Shown here: positions 1-12,599 of the stretch, piece by piece | Layout of the letters: every line of letters starts with the position of its first letter | Numbering within the stretch: position 1 is the stretch's first letter | Assembly (NCBI GenBank): GCA_951406725.2 | Contig: OX597833.1 | Span: forward strand, 33,728,001 to 33,792,000 | Reading direction: 5' to 3' | Origin: Octopus vulgaris | Lineage: Eukaryota | Length of the DNA stretch: 64,000 nucleotides | Made by a program: the position numbers and the translations under genes | Notes under the pieces: generated by a model | Seen by the model: only the letters and a program-made list of their open reading frames with translations | The model's database searches: none | What the model was told of the DNA's origin: nothing

Positions 1-133
1 CATACACATATATATATACACATACATACACACATATATATAATATATACGTCGGATGTAATCAATTGAACCACACGTGTATTTATCGTTATGGTAAAAT
101 CTGGCGTGTGATTGAGTGGATTTCATCCAGATA

Positions 134-217
134 GTTTTGGCTGAGGAGCTACAAGTGGATTTTTTTGTAAGTAAAATTACATTTAATTCATTAATAGCGA
201 AACAATTGTCCCAAAAT
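134..217 (+). ncRNA. Minimal type I hammerhead ribozyme motif (Penelope-LTR type)
   Basis: Stem I GTTTTGG(134-140)/CCAAAAT(211-217); core CTGAGGA 141-147; stem II GCTA(148-151)/TAGC(195-198); GAAA 199-202; short palindromic stem III C-AATT-G; GTC cleavage triplet ending at 210. All core nucleotides match consensus. Confidence 0.8.
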
Positions 218-543
218 AATCTGTATTTTTGTTATTTTTTATTTGCCCTGTTCGTGTGAGCTAACAATCGTACTGACTTTCATGGGAAACATGTATTTTT
301 GTGGTTGAAACCTTTTGGATTAACTAGTGCTAGAGTGAGCCATATAGTGACCACTCTCTTATATTTATTTTTGTAAAAATATTATAATATATTATAAAAT
401 ATTATAATAATCCAGGTTTCTCGGAGCACTGGGCCACTTGGTGTTGAATAGATATGCTATTAAATTAGTATCTAATTCTCTCACCCTTATTAATTAATTA
501 TAATATATACATGTATATTATATATACACACACATACATATAC

Positions 544-675
<132 letters not shown>

Positions 676-722
676 AATTACTAAGTCTCTCTAAAAGAGA
701 ACAGCGGCAGCGTTCCCGGAAA

Positions 723-912
723 ATAATAGTTATCGCCATACTAATATGGCATTCTTATAAAAATAAGAATAAAGCTGTCCGCTTATTAGCTCCATGATAC
801 AGTTTGTGTATCAAATAGCTAACTTAAGGCGATGGCCTCATGGAGCTAATAAGCGGACAGCTTTATTCTTATTTTTATAAGAATGCCATATTAGTATGAC
901 GATAACTATTAT
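723..912. repeat. Inverted repeat: ~75-bp arms (723-797 / 838-912) with a 40-bp spacer, between (TA)n tracts
   Basis: Arms are near-perfect reverse complements; ORFs on opposite strands both end in [19 protein letters not shown]. Confidence 0.9.
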
Positions 913-915
913 ATA

Positions 916-958
<43 letters not shown>

Positions 959-1336
959 TTATATATACACATATATTTATATATACATACACACACACAC
1001 ACACGCACATATATACATACACATGCACACACACACATGCACATATATATATACATATACATATGCATATATATAGATACATATATATATACAAATATAT
1101 ATGTGTGTATTTATACATATATATATATATATATACGCACGCGCGCGCGCACACACACATGCACACGCATGCACACATACTCTTATATATTTATATATAC
1201 ATTACATATAGCACTGTGGGGACGGTCGATATAATTGAAAACGGGTCTCTAAAATTAACATAATCGTAATCAGACGACTTTGAACACAGTGAAAACAAAA
1301 AAAAGAAAAAAAGAAAAAATAAACGAATACACGTAC

Positions 1337-1503
1337 GCTGTGTCAACTGTCCTGGGCCAGAATTTTCGTACCAGAATCGATCTCCAAATTTCAGTCTTTG
1401 AAATTCTTTTCCAAGAATACAGGCAACTGTAGGTCCAACTTTACCGTCCGAAAGGACTCTTTCAGAAAGTGCTCCACTTATGAGATCAATATTGAAAACA
1501 TTT
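1337..1503 (-). CDS. Peroxidase-fold gene, exon 12 (last exon visible; gene continues off the left edge)
   Basis: ccag acceptor, gtacgt donor; NIDLISGALSE...VGPTVACILGKEFQRLKFGDRFWYEN is the conserved C-terminal An_peroxidase motif; phase 2 to 1. Confidence 0.93.
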
Positions 1504-3435
1504 CTGGAAGTCAAAGAAAGGTATAGTAGAAATAAGAGAAAAATACATATATGCCTTTGTGCCTGTCGGTGTATCTGTAAAAACGTGTATGATTGTATGT
1601 GTATGTAGTGAGAGAATGTATACTCTGGTGGAGATGAGGATTATCAAACTAAATTCTCTTGTTCAATGGAATCAGAGCGGCGTCGTTGTTGTTGTTTCTA
1701 CTACGCTTCTTGTTTTTCTTTAATCTTAGGTCACTTGATTGAGCAAACCAACGGCAGGTGTTATTACTGTTTTCATTTACCGTCAGTTCAGTTTTAATTG
1801 AAAATACTTACGGGTTTTTTCTATGTTATTTTTAATTAGTCACGGTTCAGTTCTTTTGAGTGGACTAATGATTGGTGATGCTTTTGTTACTTAACCCCAG
1901 ATCAAGCTTAATCGATTTGAGCTCTATTTTATGCTATAATTATTTTGCCACAGACATGCGTGATCGAATAAATCTATAATAGTCGCTGTCCTCGTCCAGC
2001 AGGCTTTAAGTTGAATCGAAAGCGTTCCACTCATGACGTTCCACTCTGTCATTTTGTGTTTCAGACAGTGTATCTACAACTTCTCCATCTGTGTTCTTCT
2101 TGTCTTTGTTTTCTCTTTTAATTTTAAGATGGCAGGATGTGGTTTGGAGGAGACCCCACTGCTAGACTGCATAGAGGCATCTCTCTTCCGGGTTTATTAA
2201 GCTTCTAACAACGGAAGCACTAACAGCAACAACAACTGTTCAATGCTGACTTTCTTTTTCGGTTCAGGATTCTTCCAGTTCACTTACATGTGTCTAAATC
2301 CTAACAAAGATCATACAAAGTTGATAGGGCTATTAATTAACCCCCAATGGATAGTGAAGGTTAAAAAACAAACAATGGAAAATAAAGGAATAGCTTTTAT
2401 TTAGAACTAAATACAATCGTCAATTGTATTGCGTCTCAGTCATGTTTATTTTTACTTGATCACACACACTGGAGATTAAGTTAAAAAACAAATGACTGGC
2501 GCACTTCATACAGTAAGTTAAAAAATATTGCTTTCAATTTAAAAATTTAGGAAAAAAAAAGAAAACTATTGTTTATCTTTGTTTTCTTAATCATACTTAT
2601 GTATAACAAAATTATGAATATATATTTTCAAGACGACTAAACATTTGTGTGAATTTTTTAAAGCCTGAAGTTATATTTTTTAAGTCTACAACACACCTAG
2701 ATACTATTTGCGACATACTCGTGCACCGTAGTGCAACGTCTCAGTACCACTCAATAGATTTCCTGTTTTGTGATAGATTAATTTGGCTCTAATGGTATGA
2801 TTGCAATGTTGCTGTCCATACCCTATGACCTGCACTAATCGAGAAGTCCAATGATTAAATTCATTCCGTTCTTGATTATTTCGTCTATGTTAGGGAGATT
2901 AATACCACATTATTCAACGTGCCGCTTTTTTTAAGGACGAAAGCGTGTGCTTTGAGGGAAATTTGATTGCAATTTTCTCCAAATTGGTATTTATAAAATT
3001 TCACCATTAGTTGAAAAGAAAGTCTTGAAATAAAATTGAATCAACAAGAACAATTGCAGTATTGTGATTTTCCCCCCTCAAACGTTGTGCTTCATTCAGA
3101 AGGCCATGCTTATTTCTTCACAAGGCTATGCTTACTTCTTCACAAGGCCACAGTTTCCCCATCTCTGGACTACTTCGTGGATATAGTTTATAAGTTAAAT
3201 AGTCAAACCTATAAGACAGGAGACAACAAACACATAGGTTTGGATTCAAACATTTCGGTGTGAATTTATGCGATTAAGACAAATTATTCATCAATTTGGA
3301 AGTCGGGAATATGTACTACATCTGAAAATATCACCTATAATAGACCTGTGCCTTATACAGGTGCTTGATAGTGAATTTCTAATCTGTTTAACACTTTGAA
3401 CTACTACGTAAATACAGGAAATGCAGTATACTTAC

Positions 3436-3645
3436 TTATAGGTAGACAAAAGTTCACGCTTCGCATCGATGCTGTGGTGAGGAAAGGAATGTGGATTGAC
3501 GTAAGTTCTGCTGCAAAATTTCAACCAATCAGTATATAGCGGGATCCCGTGGCCACGACTACGTTGGAGCATAATGGCCACTAAGTCTCGTGGATATCCT
3601 GGTAAGACTTCCACATATTTGTTGGTGAACGACGTAGCTATATAC
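3436..3645 (-). CDS. Peroxidase-fold gene, exon 11
   Basis: ctag acceptor, gtaagt donor; [18 protein letters not shown] matches DLxAxNIQRGRDHG; phase 2 to 2. Confidence 0.92.
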
Positions 3646-3770
3646 CTAGTTTAGATGATAAAAAAAACGCACATATATTAATGCGGGGTGTAAAGAGAAC
3701 AGGTGATTTAATTACAATTTTTATTGCTATTTTTCATCCCCAAGTGTACATGTGTGTGTGTACACACATA

Positions 3771-3801
<31 letters not shown>

Positions 3802-3844
3802 TATATACATATATATATACATATATATATACATATATATATAC

Positions 3845-3891
<47 letters not shown>

Positions 3892-4059
3892 GTGAAAGAA
3901 AGATAGAGAGAGAGAGAGAGACAATTGTGTGTGTGTGTGTGAAGGCGTGTAAGCCCAGTGATTAGAGTTTTGCATTCACGATCGCTAGATCGTGGGTTCG
4001 ATTCTCAGACCCGCCAGTGAATGTTGGCCTTAGAATATCTCAGAAGTTGAAAAAAATCA

Positions 4060-4640
4060 TAAGCGTCAATGATAACCATCAAGGTTTACTCCGAAGGGAA
4101 TGCAATAAAATTAAAAGACGATACAGTAATAAACATGAAACTACGTGATTGAAAAAGAACAACACCACAATATGTAAAAACAGTCAAATTATTATATTCG
4201 TGACAATGCGTAAAGACGAATTATGTTGCAGAAATTAGTAATCAATTAACAACGCAATCAAATTGATGCGGATTCGAAAGATAATGCTACCCAACTAAAA
4301 GTTAAACTGACTAAATTAATTACAGTGATAAACGAACAAAAAAGAAACATCCATCCCCTTAATACCATGCGTGGAAGAGGTATTCAGCCTAGCACGTATA
4401 TATCCGGAACTTCACCCATAATATTTGAAAACAATACACTAACTCAGAATCGCTAAGTAATTAGACAGCAATACATCGAATTATATAGATATATATACCG
4501 TAGAAATATAGCATAATCTTAAAAAGTATTCCCAAAGACCCTGGAAGAAACCAACAAAGTAGGCAACATTTCCATCTTTAGACGCAGAAAATCTATTTAA
4601 ATGTGTTTCAGTTGCAGAAAATGACCGAAATCATATTAAA
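4060..4640 (+). mobile_element. Degraded Penelope-like reverse transcriptase remnant (intronic)
   Basis: SLDAENLFKCVSV near 4577-4615 resembles the RT motif SLDVxxLFTNVP; many stops and frameshifts. Confidence 0.45.
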
Positions 4641-4645
4641 TAATC

Positions 4646-5103
4646 CTTTCTAACTTGGGCACAAAGCCTGAAATTTTGGGGGGCATGGAATCTAGTCGAT
4701 TACATCGAGCCCTCAGCGCTCAAATGGTATTTCTTTGACCGACCCCGAAAGGATGAACGGCGGAATTTGAACTCAGAACGCAAAGACAGCAGAGATGCCG
4801 CTAAGCATTTTGCGTCGTAGTAACGTTTCTGCCAGTTCGCCGCCTTAATTTTATTAAATAACGATATAAACACATACAAATAAGCTGCCTATGATACCAC
4901 TTAAAATATTGGTTTCAAATTTGGAACAAGGCCAGTAATTTTCGGGGAGGGGTTCAAGTTGATTACATCGAACCCAGTGCTGAAATAGGGATGAAACTGC
5001 AAAGTCGACCTCGCCGAAATTTGAACTCAGGACGTAAAGACGGACGGAATATCGCTAAGCATTTTGCGCGGCGTGATAACGGCTCTGCCAGCTCGCTGCC
5101 TTA
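4646..5103 (-). mobile_element. Two tandem copies of tRNA-derived SINE family 1 (4646-4846, 4907-5103)
   Basis: Head GGCGGCGARCTGGCAGA, B-box-like GAGTTCAAAT and a conserved central block; same family as 12873-13283 and 62667-63112. Confidence 0.8.
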
Positions 5104-5574
5104 ATTCTAGCTAAAATGTCAAAATGTAGTCCACACGGTAAATTGTATTTAAAAAATGCGAGTGGCTGTTTCATGCTTAAAAGCTACATTTATAGCATTT
5201 TTGTCGTTACACTACGAAACAATGTGGTACCGAGACATAAACATAAGATGCACACTAGATGCTACCGCGTGATAATGGGCCTGTGTATGTAATGTATGCA
5301 GGTATATAAAGTATGTAATGTATATATGCATACAGAACAATTTCCATTTTCATTTTTCCAATAAAATATAGTACTAGCCAAATATTAGGGGACAGTCTAA
5401 TCGATTGATTCTAAACGATTAATTCTTCCTTCGAACTTGTGGCTTTACATATAAGTAAGAAATCATTATTATGAACCATGGCCAATCACCAGCTCAATGA
5501 TGTTATCGCAGAAAGAAAAAGCTTGACAGAACGTTTGTGAAGTTAAGATAAATAATAAATGAGATGATAATTAC

Positions 5575-6067
5575 TGATCAAAACGTTGAGCATGGTCGGT
5601 AAGCAAGCCTTTTGTAATAGGTGTAACGGCATCAACATTTTTATAAAACACATCTGGATTATAGAAACTCATTGGTTTCGTTTCGGCGTTGAACGTGTAT
5701 GTGTCTCGAAACATCGTAGTAGCGGTCATTGTCATGATCATGCCGAAAATATTACTGGCTGAAGCGCTCATTCCGGGGTTATAATTGTTTGTGTAACCGG
5801 AAGCTTGCACGTTCAGTTGGTTAGCAGCCATCACAGTCGGTCCCAAAATCAAAGGCAAGTATTCATTGTATGTGATGTGTTGAATTTCAGCGATGACCAT
5901 TTTACGTGTTTCTTGAAAGATCTTTTCGTCGTTCCAGGCGAGGTTGGCAATTTTCAATTCCTTGGCGAGGTTGGCATTTTTAAATTCCTTGGCGAGTCGG
6001 TTGTGTTCACGAACGAATAACATGTTGAGAGCTGTGGCTAACGGTTGTTCATTTATTCTCTTATCAC
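5575..6067 (-). CDS. Peroxidase-fold gene, exon 10
   Basis: acag acceptor, gtaatt donor; GDKRINEQP...LFVREHNRLA...IFQETRKMVIAEIQHITYNEYLPLILG; phase 1 to 2. Confidence 0.95.
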
Positions 6068-6072
6068 CTGTT

Positions 6073-6111
<39 letters not shown>

Positions 6112-6204
6112 TTAATAATAATTTCTTTGTTGGCTTCAAGGGCCCCCAGAAAAACATAAGGACTTTACACAAAACCAACAAGGGACGGTGGAATAATAAA
6201 CACC

Positions 6205-6726
6205 CCGATGCAATACCAGGCACAATGCCCTGATGCAATACCAGGCAGTGGCTCTCATGGCCTCTGATTGGAAGTGTCATCATGTATATGTTTTGTCTTG
6301 GTATTAAAGATGGACTACAGCAAATATTCTGCTCAAATCAACAAATTTGCTCGTCAGTTGTTTGACCATAACCATTTGAGCATGTCCCTTAGTAGCTGAC
6401 AATTTGTGCATCTCTGATCACGAGCAGAAGTAGTGGGGGAACATCATAGCCGTGTGTTGAAAGGAATTCTTTGGAAACATGGGTAGTTCGTTCAACATCC
6501 TTAAACAATCCTTATTCAGGGACCTTTAGAGCGGGATGGGTTACTCGACCAGAAGAAAATTCTAACAGGGTCCCACCTGCAAGGTCATGCGTTGTTTATC
6601 TTGATATGAGATCACCATGTCGCGCACATATGGTTGTGATGTATGTGCCTGGTGTACCCTTATCAGACGGGTAGTCATGATGGATATACCAGTGTCACTT
6701 TGATGGCATGCATTGCTCTCTCACTC

Positions 6727-6727
<1 letters not shown>
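6205..6727 (+). mobile_element. Non-coding retroposed repeat ending in (TAA)n (family X)
   Basis: Highly similar to 59544-59998, 60042-60522 and reverse-complemented 53030-53418; common 3' end CACTC|AATAAT with variable 5' ends. Confidence 0.8.
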
Positions 6728-6775
<48 letters not shown>

Positions 6776-7281
6776 GTAATAATAATAATAATAATAATAA
6801 TATGTAGCGAACTACCTCCACTGGAAATATGTGTAAATAAATGTCGTAAAATATTTGATATCCAGGTCTTGGACACGAATGATTGAAAATCTTTCTCTAA
6901 GTGTAAAAACCTGAATATAGAAATACTGAGCTGTGAAACATGGACATAAGAATAGGATATGTAATTCTAAAAACAATGAGCAGAAAACTAAAACAATCGA
7001 AAAATTGCCGAATAAATTTTCTATGTGTGAGGTTCAGAATGTAGCACTCCAAGGAAGTGGTTATATTTTTCAAATAAGCATCGATAACAACAAGTGTAAT
7101 TTCGTAGTTCTTTGAGCAGCCGCTGAGCGTCAACGAAATGATGAATATTACTTTTGAGTCAGAGAAACACTGCAAAAGTCTGAAGGTACATGACATCCTA
7201 AATGTTGATCTACCACATATGAATATGATACAAGGTTATGGATAAAATGGTTTTTAATAAAGAGAAAGAACATTAGCTTAC

Positions 7282-7398
7282 CTCCTAGAAAGCAAAATGC
7301 GTTGTTTGTGTTTGGGTTAGGTAAATGGCAATTCACTGTGTTTAAGAAATCTCTCATTAAAAGTTCTCCGTTGGCATTGGTTGTGGTTCTTAGAGTAC
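7282..7398 (-). CDS. Peroxidase-fold gene, exon 9
   Basis: ttag acceptor, gtaagc donor; GTLRTT...CHLPNP...CFLG continues into GDKR of exon 10; phase 1 to 1. Confidence 0.9.
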
Positions 7399-8120
7399 CT
7401 AAATTTTAATGGTAAAAAATAAAAACAACGAATAAGTAAACAAATCTTCTAATCATTGTTAGGTGAGTCTAAAACAAAACGAAGGTGACGGATGAAAAGT
7501 GTTTTAGATTTGTTTGATAAGAGTTTATCTGGGACTATATAACGTTTTCTTTACTTGCTGAGATAGTGCCTATGGCTTTTACAGACACTTCTAGATCAGT
7601 GAGATATTTGCTATTAACATTCCTCTCAATCTTACAGTGACCGACAGTTTAACACCGAGAGAATGTTTTGATCAATGATCATAGAGGGAATTCCTAGGGG
7701 CAGATGTTCTGAGGCGTGCAGACAGCACTGGGTGTAATCATAAAAGTAGATCTGAGAGAGAACACAAGAACGATAGGAAGAGGAAAGACAAAAAAGTCAG
7801 TGAGAGGATGAGTGCGCTTGAGGGTCAGAGTCTGGAGCGGGTGAGTAGTGACACAATGCCAATCAGTCGAGAGACTCTAAAAAATGTTTTTTTTATACAT
7901 GTGCGTGCGTGTACGTGTGTGCGTGTGTGCCTATGTGTGTGTGTGTGTGTGTGTGCGTGCGCGCAGTAGCAGCAAGAGCGGCACCGTCCCAGCTGTGAGA
8001 ACAATACTCTGCGGGCTTCACCTGCGTTTCGTAGAGTATAGCTGAAAATAATAAACTAAAATTCACGAGACGTTCCCAAGCAATTAAACATACGAATCTG
8101 TGTGTGTATGTGTGTGTGTG

Positions 8121-8184
<64 letters not shown>

Positions 8185-8291
8185 TTTGGTAATATGAACA
8201 GGAGAAATGAGAACTCAATACACACACACGCACATACACACACACACGCGCGCGCGCAAACAGATGTATAACAAAAATATCGCTCACTTAC

Positions 8292-8393
8292 CGTCTACTC
8301 CTGTTCTCAGCATTGACGTAATTGCTGAATTGGAACCATAAATTACAGAGCCGTCAAGGAACTGGGTATTTAAGTTTCGCTGTTGACGAGAAC
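8292..8393 (-). CDS. Peroxidase-fold gene, exon 8
   Basis: ctag acceptor, gtaagt donor; RQQRNLNTQFLDGSVIYGS is the Ca-binding loop motif (cf. LTSFVDAS); phase 1 to 1. Confidence 0.92.
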
Positions 8394-8829
8394 CTAGTTA
8401 TAAACCATACACAGATGTTACATTTTAATATGTATCTCTTACACCAATTAAATTTTTTTATTCAATTCAAATTCAAGCTGAATACTATTATGATAAACGA
8501 ATATCTAAATTTTTGCGTAGATAGTCTTTGGCAGATCTTATCGCAATGACCGACAGTTTAACACTGAGAAAAGAATGATGTTTTGATCAACATGACACCG
8601 TGTGCGAATTCATAGAAATATACTGGTCGCTTTACAAGCTAGATACAGTAGACGAATATCCTTCAGATTACGCCATACCGACTTAAAAGAAAATACACAA
8701 TATACAAAAAGACTAGAGTGGCACGGCTGGAACGCCTTTAATCGTAGGCCTTCTGAAACAAGGACTGACCTCAGGCTAAACGAAGTTGATGTGAGCTTAA
8801 TACCTTTGTAAGAATTATTTTTACTAAGT

Positions 8830-9125
8830 GAGCAGACAGCAAACTTTTTCTTTATTAGATAATGAACTTAAGATCTTTTAATGTGGCTAGGAAGCTGTAA
8901 AGTCGAGATCTTTCAAGATAGGTACTAGGCAGGGAACAAAAGGTCTTTTAATGTAGTTGTCAGAAGTAAATAGGGATATTTTGATGTAGCTAGAAGACAG
9001 TAAAGTCGAGAACTTTAAGGCGAGCAGGTAGTAAACTTGAGGTCTTTTAATATGGTTGGCGGTCATTTAATGTTGCCGTTAGATAGTAAACAAGGATATT
9101 TTAATGTCATTGGCAGACAGTAAGC
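8830..9125. repeat. Degenerate ~30-bp minisatellite
   Basis: Recurrent GATCTTTTAATGTRG...AGACAGTAAA-like units. Confidence 0.55.
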
Positions 9126-9312
9126 ATGTGATACACTGGCAATATAGAGTTATATTTCGTAAAATATTAAGATACGATAAGGCATGAGACCGTTTATCTA
9201 ATAGCTGAAGAATCAATAATCAATCATATATACAGTGGCTGAACGAGTGGTACTTGAAAAACACAATTACTAGAATCGTAGTTAAGAAAGAAGTAGAAAG
9301 CTGAGTACTTAC

Positions 9313-9425
9313 TGAGTTTGCAATCTAAATTTGGAGTATTTGTGGAACGAGTATAAGGCATACAGCGATAGTTTGGCGGAAGTTTTGGATCTCCTTTTGG
9401 TATTTGTATGGATAGACAAATAGAT
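9313..9425 (-). CDS. Peroxidase-fold gene, exon 7
   Basis: gcag acceptor, gtaagt donor; CLSIQIPKGDP...RCMPYTRS matches the CxPIxxPxxDP...CxxFxRS motif; phase 2 to 1. Confidence 0.92.
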
Positions 9426-9755
9426 CTGCAAATAGAAATACGCTTCAGTTATTTAGTGTTCTATTGCTGAAGAATATGGCGTACGTAAAATGCGATATTA
9501 CAAGGACTTCATTCCGAGATTGAGCATAGTTGACTAATACTCCATCTCGATATAGTTTGTACAATCAAGGGAATAACTGAGAAAAACTGAAGGTCTGCAT
9601 CGGCAACAATATTGCTTATAAAGATTATGAACTTTATTTTTTTAACAGAATTTAGTACTTAATGTAAGGGAATGTCTATTAAGTTAAAACCTTTGTAGCA
9701 CTTAAAATAATATATATATATATACATAATAAGAGTAGAAATTTATATTATTAAA

Positions 9756-10127
9756 CTAGCAGTATCGCCCGGCGTTGCTCGGGTTTGTAAGGGAAATAAC
9801 TATAAAGCATTTTTAGAGAGTTATAGCAAAAAAATAGCAAAAAAAATGATGGTAAATTTTTTGAGAGTTAAAAAGGTCGAGTTGCGTCCCCTAGACCATC
9901 TGTGGTTTGTGTTTCTGATTGTCGACCCCATGTCGAATTTATCGATCTTTTTCAGAACTGGGGGAACTTTTCAAAATTTTCGCTGCGTTAGTTTTGAATT
10001 ATGACATTGGGCTATGTGTGTGTCAAGTTTCATCAGAATCGGTTGAAAGCCGTGGTCAGGGTGAGGGTACAACCTGACAGACACACAGACACGCACACAG
10101 ACAAACTGCCGTTTATATATAGAGAGA
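9756..10127 (-). mobile_element. Non-autonomous Helitron
   Basis: Minus strand: A|TC 5' end, subterminal hairpin CCCGAGCAACGCCGGG, 3' CTAG|T, no TSD. Confidence 0.8.
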
Positions 10128-10202
10128 TAATATCAATTTCAACTAGTGGTCAGCATGCTTAAAAACGTCCGAGGACCGATATAAATATATATATACACAC
10201 AC

Positions 10203-10250
<48 letters not shown>

Positions 10251-10299
10251 AGATAGATAGATAAATAAATACAATTTATATTTATGTATATATATATAC

Positions 10300-10336
<37 letters not shown>

Positions 10337-10340
10337 AATT

Positions 10341-10672
10341 AAAGAAGAACCACCATGTAGCAATTCAACAATAATCAAATCATACCATATAGAAAAAAAT
10401 TATACGATAAAACATATACCTATAATCAAGTAAAGTTCAAAACAATAAATAAATAGTATATAATTAGTAAAAAGACTACACGTGTTTCGTGTAGTCTTTT
10501 CTTGAAAACATAGCCACGAAACACGTGTAGTCTTTTTACTAATTATATACTATTTATTCATTGTTTTGAATTTTACTTGATTTTAAGTATATGTTTTATT
10601 GCATATTTAATTTTTTCTCTATATGGTACGATTTAATTATATTATTGTTGATTTGCTACATGGTGGTTCTTT
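10341..10672. repeat. Inverted repeat: ~150-bp arms (10341-10491 / 10514-10672) with a ~22-bp spacer
   Basis: Reverse-complement arms; the inner ends carry GAAAC-ACGT-GTA, resembling the 3' half of a hammerhead. Confidence 0.85.
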
Positions 10673-12599
10673 TCTCGCCCATTGTATGTATTTTACTTTT
10701 TCTTTTGTTTGTCTACTGTACGAAACGTAGAGCACATTTAATTCATTTTCTTTTTTTCTAGCGTTAAATTAATATAAACTTTGAGTTTTTGTTGGACTTT
10801 CAATTACACACACACACACACACACACACGCGCACACACACATACACACACGGAGGGACTGTGATTGAGAAATGTAGCATATAAAAGGCTTACATATATA
10901 TTACTGTATGGTGCAAAGAGAAGAATTATCTAACTATTTTTCAGGTAGGGAAAAATATTTAGTCGGGAGAAATATATGTCTATTCAGCAGACATTTATTG
11001 CCAACATCAATGGGAAAGTTGAAGTTAGACTCAGAATTTATCTTATTGATAAGGTAACTGGTAGGGGACAGACACCTGAGACAGCTTGAACATTAATAGA
11101 ATATAGTCATTAACTTACTTGACGGCTTGAGTCATTTGATAAAGCCTGACCTCATCTGCTCGAGTTAATGCATAGAAAGTAGAACGGAATCGGTTGAAGC
11201 TGGAAATGGGGAAAATTTAATGATTAAATTAAATATTCTGTGAATTGACAATATCTTTGAAAATACAAAAATCATACTACAGTATTTAGATTCCCACCTT
11301 TCATTACACTCAGTGTTGTTTATTTTCACATAATGTTGTTTAGCCATTTGGTCATAATCAACCCTGCTGATCTTACAATCTCCAGCTGAGACCATTTTGT
11401 CTTTTCAGAGGTATGTAGGTGTGCATGAAGCAATATGTTTTTATTCTAATGATAACATGATAACAGGACATGTGATCTAAAGGATATTGGTAGTCTACCA
11501 AGCAACTCGAGAAGAGGTACACTCGTTGCGGTGGTTATTGGTACTACAGCTATTACTTTTGTTCAAACCAGACTGAACAGTCTTATGATCAAAGTGGTGC
11601 CAGCAGAGACTATCTCGTCTTTTGCGATATCAGGGACTTCATTGTTCAAAATGCCCCACTTTTTTCAGACGCTAGGAAGATATGGCTGTTGTTTCTAGGA
11701 AATCTAGCAACCAAGTAAAGGTTTCCTCAGTGGTTAGCGTTATTCCTATTTAGACACAGCCAAAACCATCTGATCTAAGATGTTTAAGCTATAACCATTC
11801 TGCCTTCTAGAATATCAGAAATATCAGAGACTATATCGCCCAATATATACAACATTCTTTATTTAAGACAAAAGAGTATGATTCGTGAGAGATTTGAAGC
11901 TAAATAGAACAGATAGAGCAACCTCACAGAAGCTTGAAATTATACCAGAAAATTTTCATTTCCCTTCAGGGGCAGACTTGAACAATCGATTTGAAAGATG
12001 CACTTCGTAAATACGTCTTAGATTAGAAAATTTAAGATGTAAAGATATTTATTTTCTAAGTTTTATTTTCCGTTATTCCATACTAATTTTGAACCAACGC
12101 TTTTACATGCTTCACATACTTCAATTATATCCATGTGTGAGATAACGAGAGTGATTTTTTAAAATTATGTTTGTCTTTCGAATCACCCTGTTTCATGAAT
12201 TTGTGTACATATGCGTATATATGCGTTTGCCACACTACTCACACCTACAATATAAGCCATGAGTTGACCTATAACTGATCCGACCTGAGTCTCATAAACT
12301 TAGAAATAACAACAATAACATAAAAATCTTCTTAATCTTGTTACATATTCAAGAAACCTCACCTTTACATACCGACTAAGAATAACCGTCTTGCCTAAAT
12401 ATACTGATAAAAGATTTAAGTATTTACAAATTCTAGTTATTTTTATCTTAAATCATTTACTACATCCACTGAAAAAAGAAAACTATATTGAGATCAGACA
12501 AGCTGTCTGCTATAATCCTTCCAAACCTACATATTTTTCTAATTTGCCTGTCAGGAAAATAATCAACAATTATTTACAATGAAATATAAAAAGACTTAC

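Noticed and set aside
788-830. Hammerhead in the loop of the 723-912 hairpin (CCATGA-TAC...GTA-TCAAA)
   Set aside because: Too many core mismatches to call.
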